A stretch of DNA of 64,000 nucleotides, taken from IMG/VR virus record IMGVR_UViG_3300010355_000162; one strand, 5' to 3'. Both the position numbers and the translations under genes were made by a program. Shown here in pieces: positions 28,303 to 37,800 of the stretch (position 1 is the stretch's first letter; each line of letters opens with the position of its first letter). The notes under the pieces are model-generated. The model was not told the DNA's origin. It searched no databases and saw only the letters and a list, made by a program, of their open reading frames with translations. The DNA is from an uncultured virus (IMG/VR IMGVR_UViG_3300010355_000162) (Duplodnaviria > Heunggongvirae > Uroviricota > Caudoviricetes).

Positions 28303-29169
28303 ATGAAAGACCCAAATCGCTCTGTCGATGTCCGCCCCCTCATCATCTACCACGGCAACTGCGCTGACGGTTTCGGTGCAGCGTGGGTATTCCACCACCA
28401 CTTCGGCGCTGATGTCTGTGACTTCCACGCTGGTGTGTATGGCGAAGCACCGCCCGATGTCAAGGGTCGCTACGTGTACCTCGTCGACTTCTCCTACAAA
28501 CGCGCAATTGTCGAACAGCTGGTTCAAGATGCTGAATCGGTGACGTTGATCGACCACCACGTGACCGCGATCGACGACCTGAAAGACCTGCCCGGACTGC
28601 ACCAGTACACCGACATCAATCGCAGCGGCGCTCGCCTCGCGTGGGACTTCCTGCACCAAGACTACAGCGGCCCGGATGAACCGCCACGACTGCTACTCCA
28701 CATCGAGGATCGCGATCTCTGGCGCTTCAAGCTCCCGAACACCCGCGAGATTCAAGCAAACGTATTCAGTCACCCCTACTCGTTCGAGCTGTGGGATAAG
28801 CTGATGTCGGCTGGCCCTGTCGAGCTACTTGAAATGACCGTGGCTGGCGCAGCGATTGAACGCAAGCACTTCAAGGACATCGCAGAACTGCTAGCTAAGT
28901 GCAAGCGCAACATCGTCATCAACGGCGAGTTGATCCCCGCTGCGAGCTTACCGTACACGATGTCGTCGGACGCCGCAGGTATCATGGCCGAGGATGCACC
29001 ATACGCGGTGTGCTACTACGACACGCCGACCGAGCGTTGCTTCAGCCTACGTAGCCGCAAGGACGGCGGCGCTGACGTGAGTGAGGTGGCGAAGTCGTTC
29101 GGCGGTGGCGGGCACAAGAATGCGGCGGGATTCGCCGTGCCGCGAGATCACATCCTCGCGCGAATGTAG
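28303..29169 (+). CDS. DHH/DHHA1 phosphoesterase (nanoRNase-like)
   Basis: YH..C.DG, VDFS, DHH, SLRS, GGGGHKNAAGF. Confidence 0.92.
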   Translation: MKDPNRSVDVRPLIIYHGNCADGFGAAWVFHHHFGADVCDFHAGVYGEAPPDVKGRYVYLVDFSYKRAIVEQLVQDAESVTLIDHHVTAIDDLKDLPGLHQYTDINRSGARLAWDFLHQDYSGPDEPPRLLLHIEDRDLWRFKLPNTREIQANVFSHPYSFELWDKLMSAGPVELLEMTVAGAAIERKHFKDIAELLAKCKRNIVINGELIPAASLPYTMSSDAAGIMAEDAPYAVCYYDTPTERCFSLRSRKDGGADVSEVAKSFGGGGHKNAAGFAVPRDHILARM

Positions 29170-29172
29170 AGC

Positions 29173-29202
29173 AAAAAGAAAGGGGCCGATTGGCCCCTTT
29201 TT
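29173..29202. terminator. Bidirectional terminator between convergent genome halves
   Basis: A run, AAAGGGGCC-GATT-GGCCCCTTT, T run. Confidence 0.9.
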
Positions 29203-29759
29203 CATTTCCCGGATTCTGTGACCCGGAGTGCGTATAGCGTTCGTCGTATCCACGACTGTAGCCCATCTACTTTGTCGGCGCACTCGGTCGCGATACGATA
29301 GTTTTCAATGGCGGCGCTGGTCGCTCTGGCGGCGACATCAACGCAGGACTCGGCTCGGTCGGCTGGGGGCAGATCGGCACCTGATTTGTCTGCTGTGTTG
29401 CGCAACCCGAGCTGAGCAATAGCAGCATCAGCAAGAAGCTCGCGATCACGTAGCGTTTGAATAAGGGTATCCCGTTCATCGTATTGGCCTTTCACAACCT
29501 TACTGTTGGCCGCATGAAGCGCGGCGAATTTAGCTTCAAGCTCGCGATCATCTGCGGCTTGCTTGACATCGAACGCACGATTACGAAGGCGTGCTGCCTC
29601 TTTCTCGGCGTCCCATTTCGCCTGTACTTCAGTGCGACCGATCTCGATCTTCTCGCCGTCGTAGCTGTGCTTGTAGGCACAACCACCGGCACTCACCGCA
29701 GCAACGATACCGGCGTATACCAGCAGGTTCCAAGGGAAAGGAATGATACCGCCCATCAC
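29202..29759 (-). CDS. Inner-membrane spanin (Rz-like)
   Basis: N-terminal TM, EVQAKWD, coiled coil, C...V.GLQ.WI. Confidence 0.85.
   Translation of the reverse strand: MMGGIIPFPWNLLVYAGIVAAVSAGGCAYKHSYDGEKIEIGRTEVQAKWDAEKEAARLRNRAFDVKQAADDRELEAKFAALHAANSKVVKGQYDERDTLIQTLRDRELLADAAIAQLGLRNTADKSGADLPPADRAESCVDVAARATSAAIENYRIATECADKVDGLQSWIRRTLYALRVTESGK
29267..29479 (-). CDS. Embedded outer-membrane lipoprotein spanin (Rz1-like)
   Basis: Alternate frame inside Rz; hydrophobic signal, lipobox SSGC, Pro-rich mature part. Confidence 0.8.
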   Translation of the reverse strand: MNGIPLFKRYVIASFLLMLLLLSSGCATQQTNQVPICPQPTEPSPALMSPPERPAPPLKTIVSRPSAPTK

Positions 29760-29953
29760 TTACTCTCCCGGCACGCACGAGCGATGTCGGTCCACTTCAG
29801 GCTGACCCATGCTTGGGGTTCAGGCATCCGCAGTGACAGCGACTCCTCATTGCAGGTGATGAACGCGGTGCCCGATGACCCGTAGGTCTTGAACGCCGCG
29901 AAGATAGCGAACGCGATGAGGATCGCGAGCATGAGCTTGGTGTGCTTACTCAT
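29756..29953 (-). CDS. Small membrane-anchored protein in lysis cassette
   Basis: 65 aa, N-terminal TM, 2 Cys. Confidence 0.65.
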   Translation of the reverse strand: MSKHTKLMLAILIAFAIFAAFKTYGSSGTAFITCNEESLSLRMPEPQAWVSLKWTDIARACRESK

Positions 29954-30006
29954 TTAGCGAGCCCTGCGATCATAGCGAGGCCGATCCCCGACACCACGAT
30001 CATCAT
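29950..30006 (-). CDS. 18-aa hydrophobic mini-ORF
   Basis: MMIVVSGIGLAMIAGLAK*; ATGA overlaps on both sides. Confidence 0.45.
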   Translation of the reverse strand: MMIVVSGIGLAMIAGLAK

Positions 30007-30575
30007 AAAGTACGCGAAGGCGTTGCGGGAACGGCGGTGCCGCGACTCGGGGGTGTTATTGTTCCGGTAGGACATTCAAGTGCTCCGTATTTGGCATAAC
30101 GCGACTGCCCGATGTAGATGCGACGAGGGTACTGTTCGTTCTCGCGCTGGTTGGCCGCAGTGATGCCGGGGTTGATAAGGCTGGTCGACGGATAATCACC
30201 GGGGGTAGCGGTACGTTTTTGACGTTTCATCCGCCAACCAGCGCCCCCATTGTAGTCCCCCAACGCAAAAAGTAAACGGTCGCACGTGGAGTTAACCGGC
30301 GTCACTCCACGTGCGAGACTGCGCATGTACAGGGCCTGCAACGTCAGGGCATCTTTTGGGTCATACGGGTCGACGTTACCCAGTCCGTTCACCGATGCAA
30401 CCCAACGCAGCGTCGCTGGCATGAATTGCGTAAGGCCCACAGCACCTACAGGTGAGCGGGCCTTCGGGTTCCACCCCGACTCCTGTCGCACTTGTGCGAG
30501 CAGCAGCGCCGGGGGTACAGCAGGAATGTGCTTGGCGTAGATATTCAACGCCAAGGCGAGCAGAGCTTGCTCCAT
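30003..30575 (-). CDS. Endolysin, SLT-type lytic transglycosylase
   Basis: QESGWNP.A.S.VGA.GL.QFMP.T, YNGG.G, EN..YP..I. Confidence 0.92.
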   Translation of the reverse strand: MEQALLALALNIYAKHIPAVPPALLLAQVRQESGWNPKARSPVGAVGLTQFMPATLRWVASVNGLGNVDPYDPKDALTLQALYMRSLARGVTPVNSTCDRLLFALGDYNGGAGWRMKRQKRTATPGDYPSTSLINPGITAANQRENEQYPRRIYIGQSRYAKYGALECPTGTITPPSRGTAVPATPSRTL

Positions 30576-30880
30576 CAGCGCATCGTGCAGAGGCCGATGA
30601 AGACCACGGCGCACACCAAGAAAAAGATCACGTCGCGCTCGCGTTCTTTGAGCGACGTAGTGCACTTCGTCAGGTGACAAACAACAATCGACGTGATGAT
30701 ACCGGCACCTACGCTCAGCGGCAGATGCCCGATCTTGTAGATGATGTTCGCGAGACTCGCGATATACACCCCAGCGAACGTGTTAGGTTCATACGCTGCG
30801 GCTTCGACGCCGACCCACGAAGACAGTGCATAGAGCAGCAGTGCGTTCAGGGCCAGCAGGATTGCGTTAATAAAGGTCAT
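30575..30880 (-). CDS. Putative holin
   Basis: 101 aa, three or more hydrophobic segments, directly upstream of endolysin. Confidence 0.7.
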   Translation of the reverse strand: MTFINAILLALNALLLYALSSWVGVEAAAYEPNTFAGVYIASLANIIYKIGHLPLSVGAGIITSIVVCHLTKCTTSLKERERDVIFFLVCAVVFIGLCTMR

Positions 30881-33717
30881 GGAATACTCACTTCAAAACA
30901 TGTGGTTCCGCACATCTGGTGCGTCAGTTGCGAGGTGCCCGGATTCAGCGCCACCGCGATTGCTGCGGTGTAACCGGGTGGGAGCCCCGTGACGTTGAGT
31001 GTAAACTGATTTCCACCGCCAGCGGAATCGGTCGTAAGGGCAGAATTGACTACGCCAAACGCATTATCTACACACAACGCAGACCCGCCGAACGACGGTC
31101 CGCCGAACTTCGCGGTGAACGGTACAGCGATCGCGCCGCCCGGTGCGGACACCGTCAACACGTAACCGCTGGCACCCTGTACCAGCTGCGCGACGAGGCA
31201 GGTCGAACCTTGAATGCGCTTCGACGTATTCGATGGACACAAGGTGATCGGGCTCGCCCCCGCAGGTACGATACTCCACGTCACGTCGTAGTCGGCGTAC
31301 TGCCCGACCGGCGCAGAGAACGTATTCACGCCGCCCGGACCGATGGTCTGCACCGGGCTGACGAGTGAGTACGGCAACCCGTTGACAGTGCCGACGCCGT
31401 TGAGCGTGTAGGTACCGCCGACGTTCCCGGTGACGGTCGTCACGAGGAGTTGATCCGCCGCGTTGAACACGTTACCGCCGAGCGGTGCGTAGGCGCTAGA
31501 ACCTTGGGCCGCGACGATATTCAGGCTGGTGCATGATGTGCCACCGGCAGTGATCGTCAACCGCACCGTGTACGTCGTGCTCGTACATCCGGCCTTGGAG
31601 CCGGTGATGGTGAACGTGTAGATGCCGACCAACGGGTTAGGCCAGTTGAGATCAAACACGGTGCCTGTCTGGACGCCCGCCATACCCGCAGGGAGCCCCA
31701 CGGTAGAGAACGTGACGCCGACGCCACCGACGAAGCTCATGTTCCACGGTACCCCGGCGACGCCGGTCGTGTTGATGGTGCTGCCCGGTGGGGGCGCAGG
31801 ACTGAAGTCATCAGGTGGGGACACCTGAGCTACACAGCCGCCCGACGACCCGCACGCACTAGAACACGCCGACAACGTGGCGTATGGACCTGATGCACCG
31901 CTTGGCGCACTAGCTGCCGGAGCGCAGTTGCCGGATAAGCAGTAGTAGTTGAGTGTAGGGCCGGAGCCGCACGCGTCCACTTCGTTCGAGGCGCAGGTTG
32001 GGTTCGCAAACTCGCGGACTTGGTACTTCTGTGGGTTGTTCGCCGACACAACGCTGAACGCGCTAAACACGGCGGTACCCCACGTAACCCAAGAACCCCA
32101 AACCCCACCGATCATCTCGCGGAATTCATAGACCGCACCCGGCGTTGCGTTCTGCACTTGGCCGTTGAACACACCCGCATTGCATCCAGCAGCGAATAGC
32201 TGAAGGTTGCACGTGGTTGGGGTCGCTGTGCAGGTACTGGTACGCTGCGGTACGCTGAACGTGCAGCCGCTGGCGCAGACGTTAGGCTGTGGGAGCACAG
32301 GCTTCCAGATCGCTACACCTGCACCCGTACAGGCAGCAGGCGAAGTCGCAGCCACACCGGACGCGTCCGTCAGGAGTGTGACCAGTGCACCGGGCAGTGG
32401 CGTGACGCCATCCGACTGATAGGCTTGGAACTGCAATGAGCAGTTCGGCGGGCCGGACAGCACGCGAAGCTGGGTCGTCTGGCCGACAGTGACGGTCGCC
32501 GGGTGGATGTCCCAGTCGATGACGCAGGTCGGAGCCACACCGCTGACGGTGCGGGTCGTGACCGAATTACACGGCAGTGCGCCCGTGAGGCACGCGTTCT
32601 GCGAAGCGGCCAGACGGAACTCCAAGCGCTGCCCTACATCGCTCGGCTGGATCACGTACGTGCTGACCCCCGCAGGAACTGGGATGGTCGATACAGGCAC
32701 AGTCGGCGTCGCCGAGTTCAGGTCGTACACACTCAGCATGAGGACAGCTGAAGGCGGGCAACCGGGCGGCAGCGTCACTGTCGTCGTGACCGTCTGGCCC
32801 ACAGATGGGTTGCTCGGTACCATAGACCAACCGAACGAGCATGTGGTCGACGGCGTGACTATCCGTTCGGTCTGAGCCACACGTGGAGTGCAGCCTTCGA
32901 GGCACGGCAGCTGAAGCGCAGCCGGTTTGAATACTAGGTGTTGGCCTGTATCCGCTGCCTGCGTCGTGTAGGTCGATACGCCGTTCGGTGGGTTCACCGT
33001 GGTTATAGGTACCGTAGGCGTAGCGGAGTTCAGGTCGAAGACATCAAGGGCGAGCGTCGCGCTAGCAGGGCACCCCGGTGGAAGCTGCACGGTCGTCGTG
33101 ATGACACCACCGGCCTGAACCGAGATCGGCGACATCGACCACGTGTAGCTGCACGGCGCAGCAAGGATCGCGATCGGTAGCGAGATGTCGACACAGCCGC
33201 AGGAGCAGTTGTTCTTCACGGCCAGCAGCACGCGAGCGCCGTCGACCTTCTGTTTGACTGACCCGGTGATGACGATCCGGCTACCGATGATCTCTGCCTT
33301 CAGGCAGTACGGTACCGACCCGCCACAAAGCTCAAACGGGCCGGTGCCCGTTAGTTCGATCTCTGCATAGTACGGTTTACCGACTGTAGCGTCCGGCAAT
33401 ACAGGCAGCGGGAGCTTGAACGCGACTTCGGTGCAGGGGCACGCGTCGACCGTAGTCGAGAACGGCAGCTCTGCAATGATCTGGTCAGACGGGCACGTGC
33501 TGCACCCGCTAGCCACGTCGACAACGATCTCGAATGACGTGCCGGTACCCGTGGGGGTGCCGGAGAAAATCAGCTGGTCGCCGATGACGCTGGCCTTCAT
33601 GCCCGCAGGCAGCGAGCATGCGAGAATTTTGAATGGGCGCTGGCCGGTCAGTGTGACGGCCTCTTGGTACTCGGTACCCGTCGCGGCGGCGGGCAGCGTG
33701 ATATTGATGGTCGACAT
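30877..33717 (-). CDS. Cys-rich multi-Ig tail fibre/appendage protein
   Basis: He_PIG-like LP.A..G..Y...SGTP repeats; duplicated CS..WSM.P...LPPGCP...DLNSATPTVP units; about 40 Cys. Confidence 0.75.
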   Translation of the reverse strand: MSTINITLPAAATGTEYQEAVTLTGQRPFKILACSLPAGMKASVIGDQLIFSGTPTGTGTSFEIVVDVASGCSTCPSDQIIAELPFSTTVDACPCTEVAFKLPLPVLPDATVGKPYYAEIELTGTGPFELCGGSVPYCLKAEIIGSRIVITGSVKQKVDGARVLLAVKNNCSCGCVDISLPIAILAAPCSYTWSMSPISVQAGGVITTTVQLPPGCPASATLALDVFDLNSATPTVPITTVNPPNGVSTYTTQAADTGQHLVFKPAALQLPCLEGCTPRVAQTERIVTPSTTCSFGWSMVPSNPSVGQTVTTTVTLPPGCPPSAVLMLSVYDLNSATPTVPVSTIPVPAGVSTYVIQPSDVGQRLEFRLAASQNACLTGALPCNSVTTRTVSGVAPTCVIDWDIHPATVTVGQTTQLRVLSGPPNCSLQFQAYQSDGVTPLPGALVTLLTDASGVAATSPAACTGAGVAIWKPVLPQPNVCASGCTFSVPQRTSTCTATPTTCNLQLFAAGCNAGVFNGQVQNATPGAVYEFREMIGGVWGSWVTWGTAVFSAFSVVSANNPQKYQVREFANPTCASNEVDACGSGPTLNYYCLSGNCAPAASAPSGASGPYATLSACSSACGSSGGCVAQVSPPDDFSPAPPPGSTINTTGVAGVPWNMSFVGGVGVTFSTVGLPAGMAGVQTGTVFDLNWPNPLVGIYTFTITGSKAGCTSTTYTVRLTITAGGTSCTSLNIVAAQGSSAYAPLGGNVFNAADQLLVTTVTGNVGGTYTLNGVGTVNGLPYSLVSPVQTIGPGGVNTFSAPVGQYADYDVTWSIVPAGASPITLCPSNTSKRIQGSTCLVAQLVQGASGYVLTVSAPGGAIAVPFTAKFGGPSFGGSALCVDNAFGVVNSALTTDSAGGGNQFTLNVTGLPPGYTAAIAVALNPGTSQLTHQMCGTTCFEVSIP

Positions 33718-34340
33718 TAAACGGTAACTCCGAACGGTGCGCAGTAGTCGAGGCGCTGGTTGAGTTCATACTTGCCGCCGCAGTTCTCGATGACGAACTG
33801 CACGAAGTCGTCAGTCGTCGGCGCGACCGGGGTACCGGAGAATACCGCAGCGTTCCCAGTCGTACTGCCCGTAGGTGTGATCGTCATCCATGCAGGTTTC
33901 TGCAACACGGTCACGGTGAATGGGGCAGTGCCTTCCCACGCGATCACGTGCGAGTAAGCGAGCCCGCCGACAGCAGCCGGGAGTGTCTTACCGGCGATGA
34001 CCTTGAGCGCGGTACACGACGCCGATGCGGCGCAGCCACCGGCAGAGATCAGCTCGCACACCGTCGAGGTCGTCAAGACGTAACGGACGCACGAACCTTT
34101 GACGAACGCGTGCGCCGTCGTACCTTCCTGGCCGCGCTCGACGACGGGCGAACCCGACGCGCACCCGGTAACCTTCACGATCTCCGTGAAGGTGCCGTCA
34201 GTGATTTCAAGTTTAGACGTGTTGCCGGTGCCAATGGTGGCACACAGGGTTGATGCGTCGCTGAGTGGTAGTTCCGTAGCCGTGGCGGACAGGTCCGCCG
34301 ACAGGGTTGTACGAATACCATCTAGTCCAATAAAGCTCAT
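33717..34340 (-). CDS. Tail protein with N-terminal attachment domain and Ig-like domain
   Basis: EIVKVT...V.RGQEGTTA..F..G motif plus KPAWM...SGTP. Confidence 0.75.
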   Translation of the reverse strand: MSFIGLDGIRTTLSADLSATATELPLSDASTLCATIGTGNTSKLEITDGTFTEIVKVTGCASGSPVVERGQEGTTAHAFVKGSCVRYVLTTSTVCELISAGGCAASASCTALKVIAGKTLPAAVGGLAYSHVIAWEGTAPFTVTVLQKPAWMTITPTGSTTGNAAVFSGTPVAPTTDDFVQFVIENCGGKYELNQRLDYCAPFGVTV

Positions 34341-34364
34341 GGGGCTCTCCGTTTATTGGTCGCG

Positions 34365-34394
34365 ATGGTACTGCGAACGGCCCCTAACCGTCAA
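34365..34394 (-). promoter_or_regulatory. Late-class promoter (18-nt spacer)
   Basis: TTGACG-GTTAG(N13)-TACCAT. Confidence 0.6.
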
Positions 34395-34837
34395 CGATCG
34401 TCAGGGCACCCGCAGACTGGTTCGCAGGGCTTGTCGCAGCCACCAACGCAAGGCGGATCGTCCTCGCAGGACGGTGGCGGCGGGCAGGTAGCCTTCGGCG
34501 CGCAGTCGTCGTCTTGGCACGGTTGCAGGTCGCGGGTGTAGGCCGGACCGAACTGAGCACGGGGAATCCGCATGCGGATCGTGTGGATCGGCTTGTTGCA
34601 GAAGTACACCGTACCGATGTAGCTGCCCGGTTTCGCGTTCGCGAAGTCGTCGTCAATGACGAAGCAGACCTTACCACTCTCGTCCGCCACACACGGGTAG
34701 ATCGCGAATACCTTGCGCACACCCTCGCGGTGGATACGCAGGGTCAAGTCGTCAGGGTTATATCCCTCGCTCAACGCCTTCGGCGGTTGCGCCACGCAGA
34801 CGCGTGACGTGTGGACGGTGATCTGCAATGCGTTCAT
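34391..34837 (-). CDS. Cys-rich virion protein
   Basis: 148 aa, 13 Cys, Cys/Pro/Asp tail. Confidence 0.75.
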   Translation of the reverse strand: MNALQITVHTSRVCVAQPPKALSEGYNPDDLTLRIHREGVRKVFAIYPCVADESGKVCFVIDDDFANAKPGSYIGTVYFCNKPIHTIRMRIPRAQFGPAYTRDLQPCQDDDCAPKATCPPPPSCEDDPPCVGGCDKPCEPVCGCPDDR

Positions 34838-37800
34838 CAGTTGCTCGTTCCAAGGAAAGTGAACCGACGCTCAATAACTTTTCGGTCGGCGTCTGGCAAG
34901 AATATCAGAGACTCCGACGCTTTTGCGTCGAGTTTCTTGCGGGCGTTCGCGAGATCGGTGTCCTTGATCGCCTTCTCAGGGTACAGCGCATTGAACCGTT
35001 GGCGTGCGGCCTCTGCATCCGCGAGCTGGGGCTCACGATCTTTGCCGAGGTTTTCAGCGTGATAGATGTGGCGGTAGCCTTCGAGGATCAACCGACGTTC
35101 AGACACGAACTCCGACTGCAACGCCTTGACTGCCGACACTTTGTTCTGCGCTTCAGCCAGTGCAGCAGGGCGGAAGCCGAGGGCCTGCATCATCATATCG
35201 ACCGACGTGAGGCGGTCTTCACCGAGGATCGGCGTACCATCTCGCTGCGTCGGGCGTCCTTCGTTCTCGGCTTGGTTCACGGCCTTGATGATGTTACCTA
35301 CGGCAGCAGGCATACCCGCCTGCGTAGCTTGCCACAGCGACTCGCCGACGCCGTTGACTTGGTAGTTCTTGGCGAAGTTCGTCGCAGCCTTGTAGTAGCT
35401 CTCTGCCGCACCGAGCGTCGGTCCGAGGAGTTGGATCGCGTAGTCTTGCGGCGAGTTGTATTCCTTACCGAATGGATCACGCAGCACGAGGCCGCTGAGC
35501 GACACACGGCTCGATACGCCTGCGCCGAGCACGCCGTAGTAGAGGTGGTTACCTACACCCTCACCGTACGTTTCGTAGATCGCATTACGGATGCGTTCTT
35601 TCACGGGTTTGTCACGCTCTTCTTCATCGCCGACGCCTTGTGCTGCGATACCGGCCAGCAGCATGAACGGTGCCGTGACCATGTACGGCAGACCCGCGGC
35701 ACCAGCAATCAGGGCGTGCATACCGACGACGCCAACCAACCGGGTCGCTGCATACTTGCGCTCTTCCGGTGTACGTGCCGAGTCGACCGCGTTACGCAAG
35801 TCAGTGTAGAGTCCTGTCGCGACTGCGATGCCGTACCCTTTGAGCTGCAACACGACACGGCCTACCGGCATCCGGCTGTAGAACGACTTGTTCGATGACG
35901 AGCTATCCGGGTTCGTACGGTACCGGGCTTCGGATGCCAGCTGCAACGCGAGGTCGGACTGGGTCATGCCGCGAGCACGTGCCATCTCCTTCACCTTCGG
36001 TGACTCCATCCCTGCACGGTACGAAGCCAGCAACATGCCCATGTTCGCCGCCGTGTCGGTCTTCTCCATCAACCATCCGCCGAAGCGCAGTGCACGAGCG
36101 AGCCGTGGGTTTGCGTCGTTGGTGATGTCCGCGATCTCGCGAGCTTCCGCAGGAACGAACGTCCCCATCTTCTCCGCATAATCAAACACCGTCTTGATGT
36201 CGCCGGTCAAGTCCTTCGCCGTTTTCTTCGCGGCCATCGCCTGCACCACTTGGGTGTACGCCGGGGCCAACTTGCCGATATGGGAAATCCCATAACGGGC
36301 GGTGATCTCTGCGGTCTGCATCGCAGTTGCGCCGATGGTGTTGACCGCAGCGGACGAGATGTTGCCGAACATGGTGTGCACGAAGCCCAACGCGTTCAGG
36401 TTGTTCGCGACGCGGTTCATCGTCGAGTCCTCTTGCGAATACGACAACGCCTTCACGACCGTGTTCAGCGCTTGATCTGCACGGACGGTGTACACCGGGG
36501 AACCGTCGCGACGCAGCGCTTCGATGTGGCTACGTGCCGTCACGATCGCTTGGTCGGTCTTCGGTTGGAACGTGATCGACGCGATGTTGTTCTCGGCCTG
36601 CCGCATGGCGCGTAGGTTCGCCGTCAACAGGTCAGGGTCCGCACCGAGTACGAACTTCCGGGTCTGCTGGTTCTGGTTGAACTTGTTCACGCTGGCCGCT
36701 GCGATCTCGCTACGCATCGTGTCGATCGTCGCTTGGATCACGTCCTCGGATGCCCCTTGGCGCGACATCTTCTCAGCCACCTTCACGATGAACTGTTCCG
36801 TAGCAACATCGAACTTCGGCTTCATCCGCGGGTTGAAGATACCTACGCCTGCGACCACGTCGTCCGGGTACGCCTTCACGAGCGCTGCACGCACGTTGTC
36901 GGCTTCGGCGCGAGATTGGTGACGACTGAAGTGGATCGTTGCACCGGCTTCATCAGTGACGTGGTTTGTGTACTGGCCGTCGCGTTGCTGCGCGAAGTAA
37001 ACTTCGAGCTTGGCGAACCGCGCTTCGTCGCCGATCTGTTTGGCCGACTTCGCATCGACACCAGCAGCGAGGAGCTGTTGCTCAACTGCATCTGCGCGAC
37101 GCTTGAGCTGGTCAGCGAACTGCGCCTGCGTAGCACGGAACAGTTTCTTGTCCCGATCCGTCGCGTTGTCCCACAGAATCTGCACCCGAGTCTCGTCGGC
37201 GGTCGTCGGGGCACGGTGCCCTTTACGCTGGCGGTCCGGGTTGAACTGCAACTGGGTGGCACCGGCCATCACTTCATTCATCACCTTCGCATCCGCAGCA
37301 CGGGTCTGCGGTACGAGCGTGTCGTCGATTTTCTTGAGCTGTGTATTCACAGCGGCAGCGCGCATCGCACCAATCTCGATGATCTTGTCGATGAGGTTCA
37401 CGCCGCCTGAGCGGAACTGTTTATCTACGAGGTTCGCGATGTCGCGCAACGCCATGACGTTAAGCGTGATAGACGCTGCCCAGTCGAGTGCACCGTTAAG
37501 GTTGCTCTTACCTGCATCCTTCACAGACTGCGTCGCGGCGAGGACGCCGTCCTTCGTACGCAGCTCGTAGTTCGCCGCTGGACCCTTCATGCCTTCGGGT
37601 GCCATCAGGATCGCGTCAGCCGCGAAGAGCGTGCGGCCTAGTAGGTTGTCGTTACCCACGAGGTTGATGAGCTTGTCGAGCCCGGTCAACCGCATGAACG
37701 CATTGAACACTTGACGGATCAACGACACGCCGTCGTCCTTCATCGCATACAGCTCTTGCTGGAAGCTCGGGTTCGCGTGGGCTTCGGCGACGAACTCTTC

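Noticed and set aside
27210..29169. Long ORFs spanning the gap (385, 248, 298, 578 aa)
   Set aside because: Artefacts of N translation
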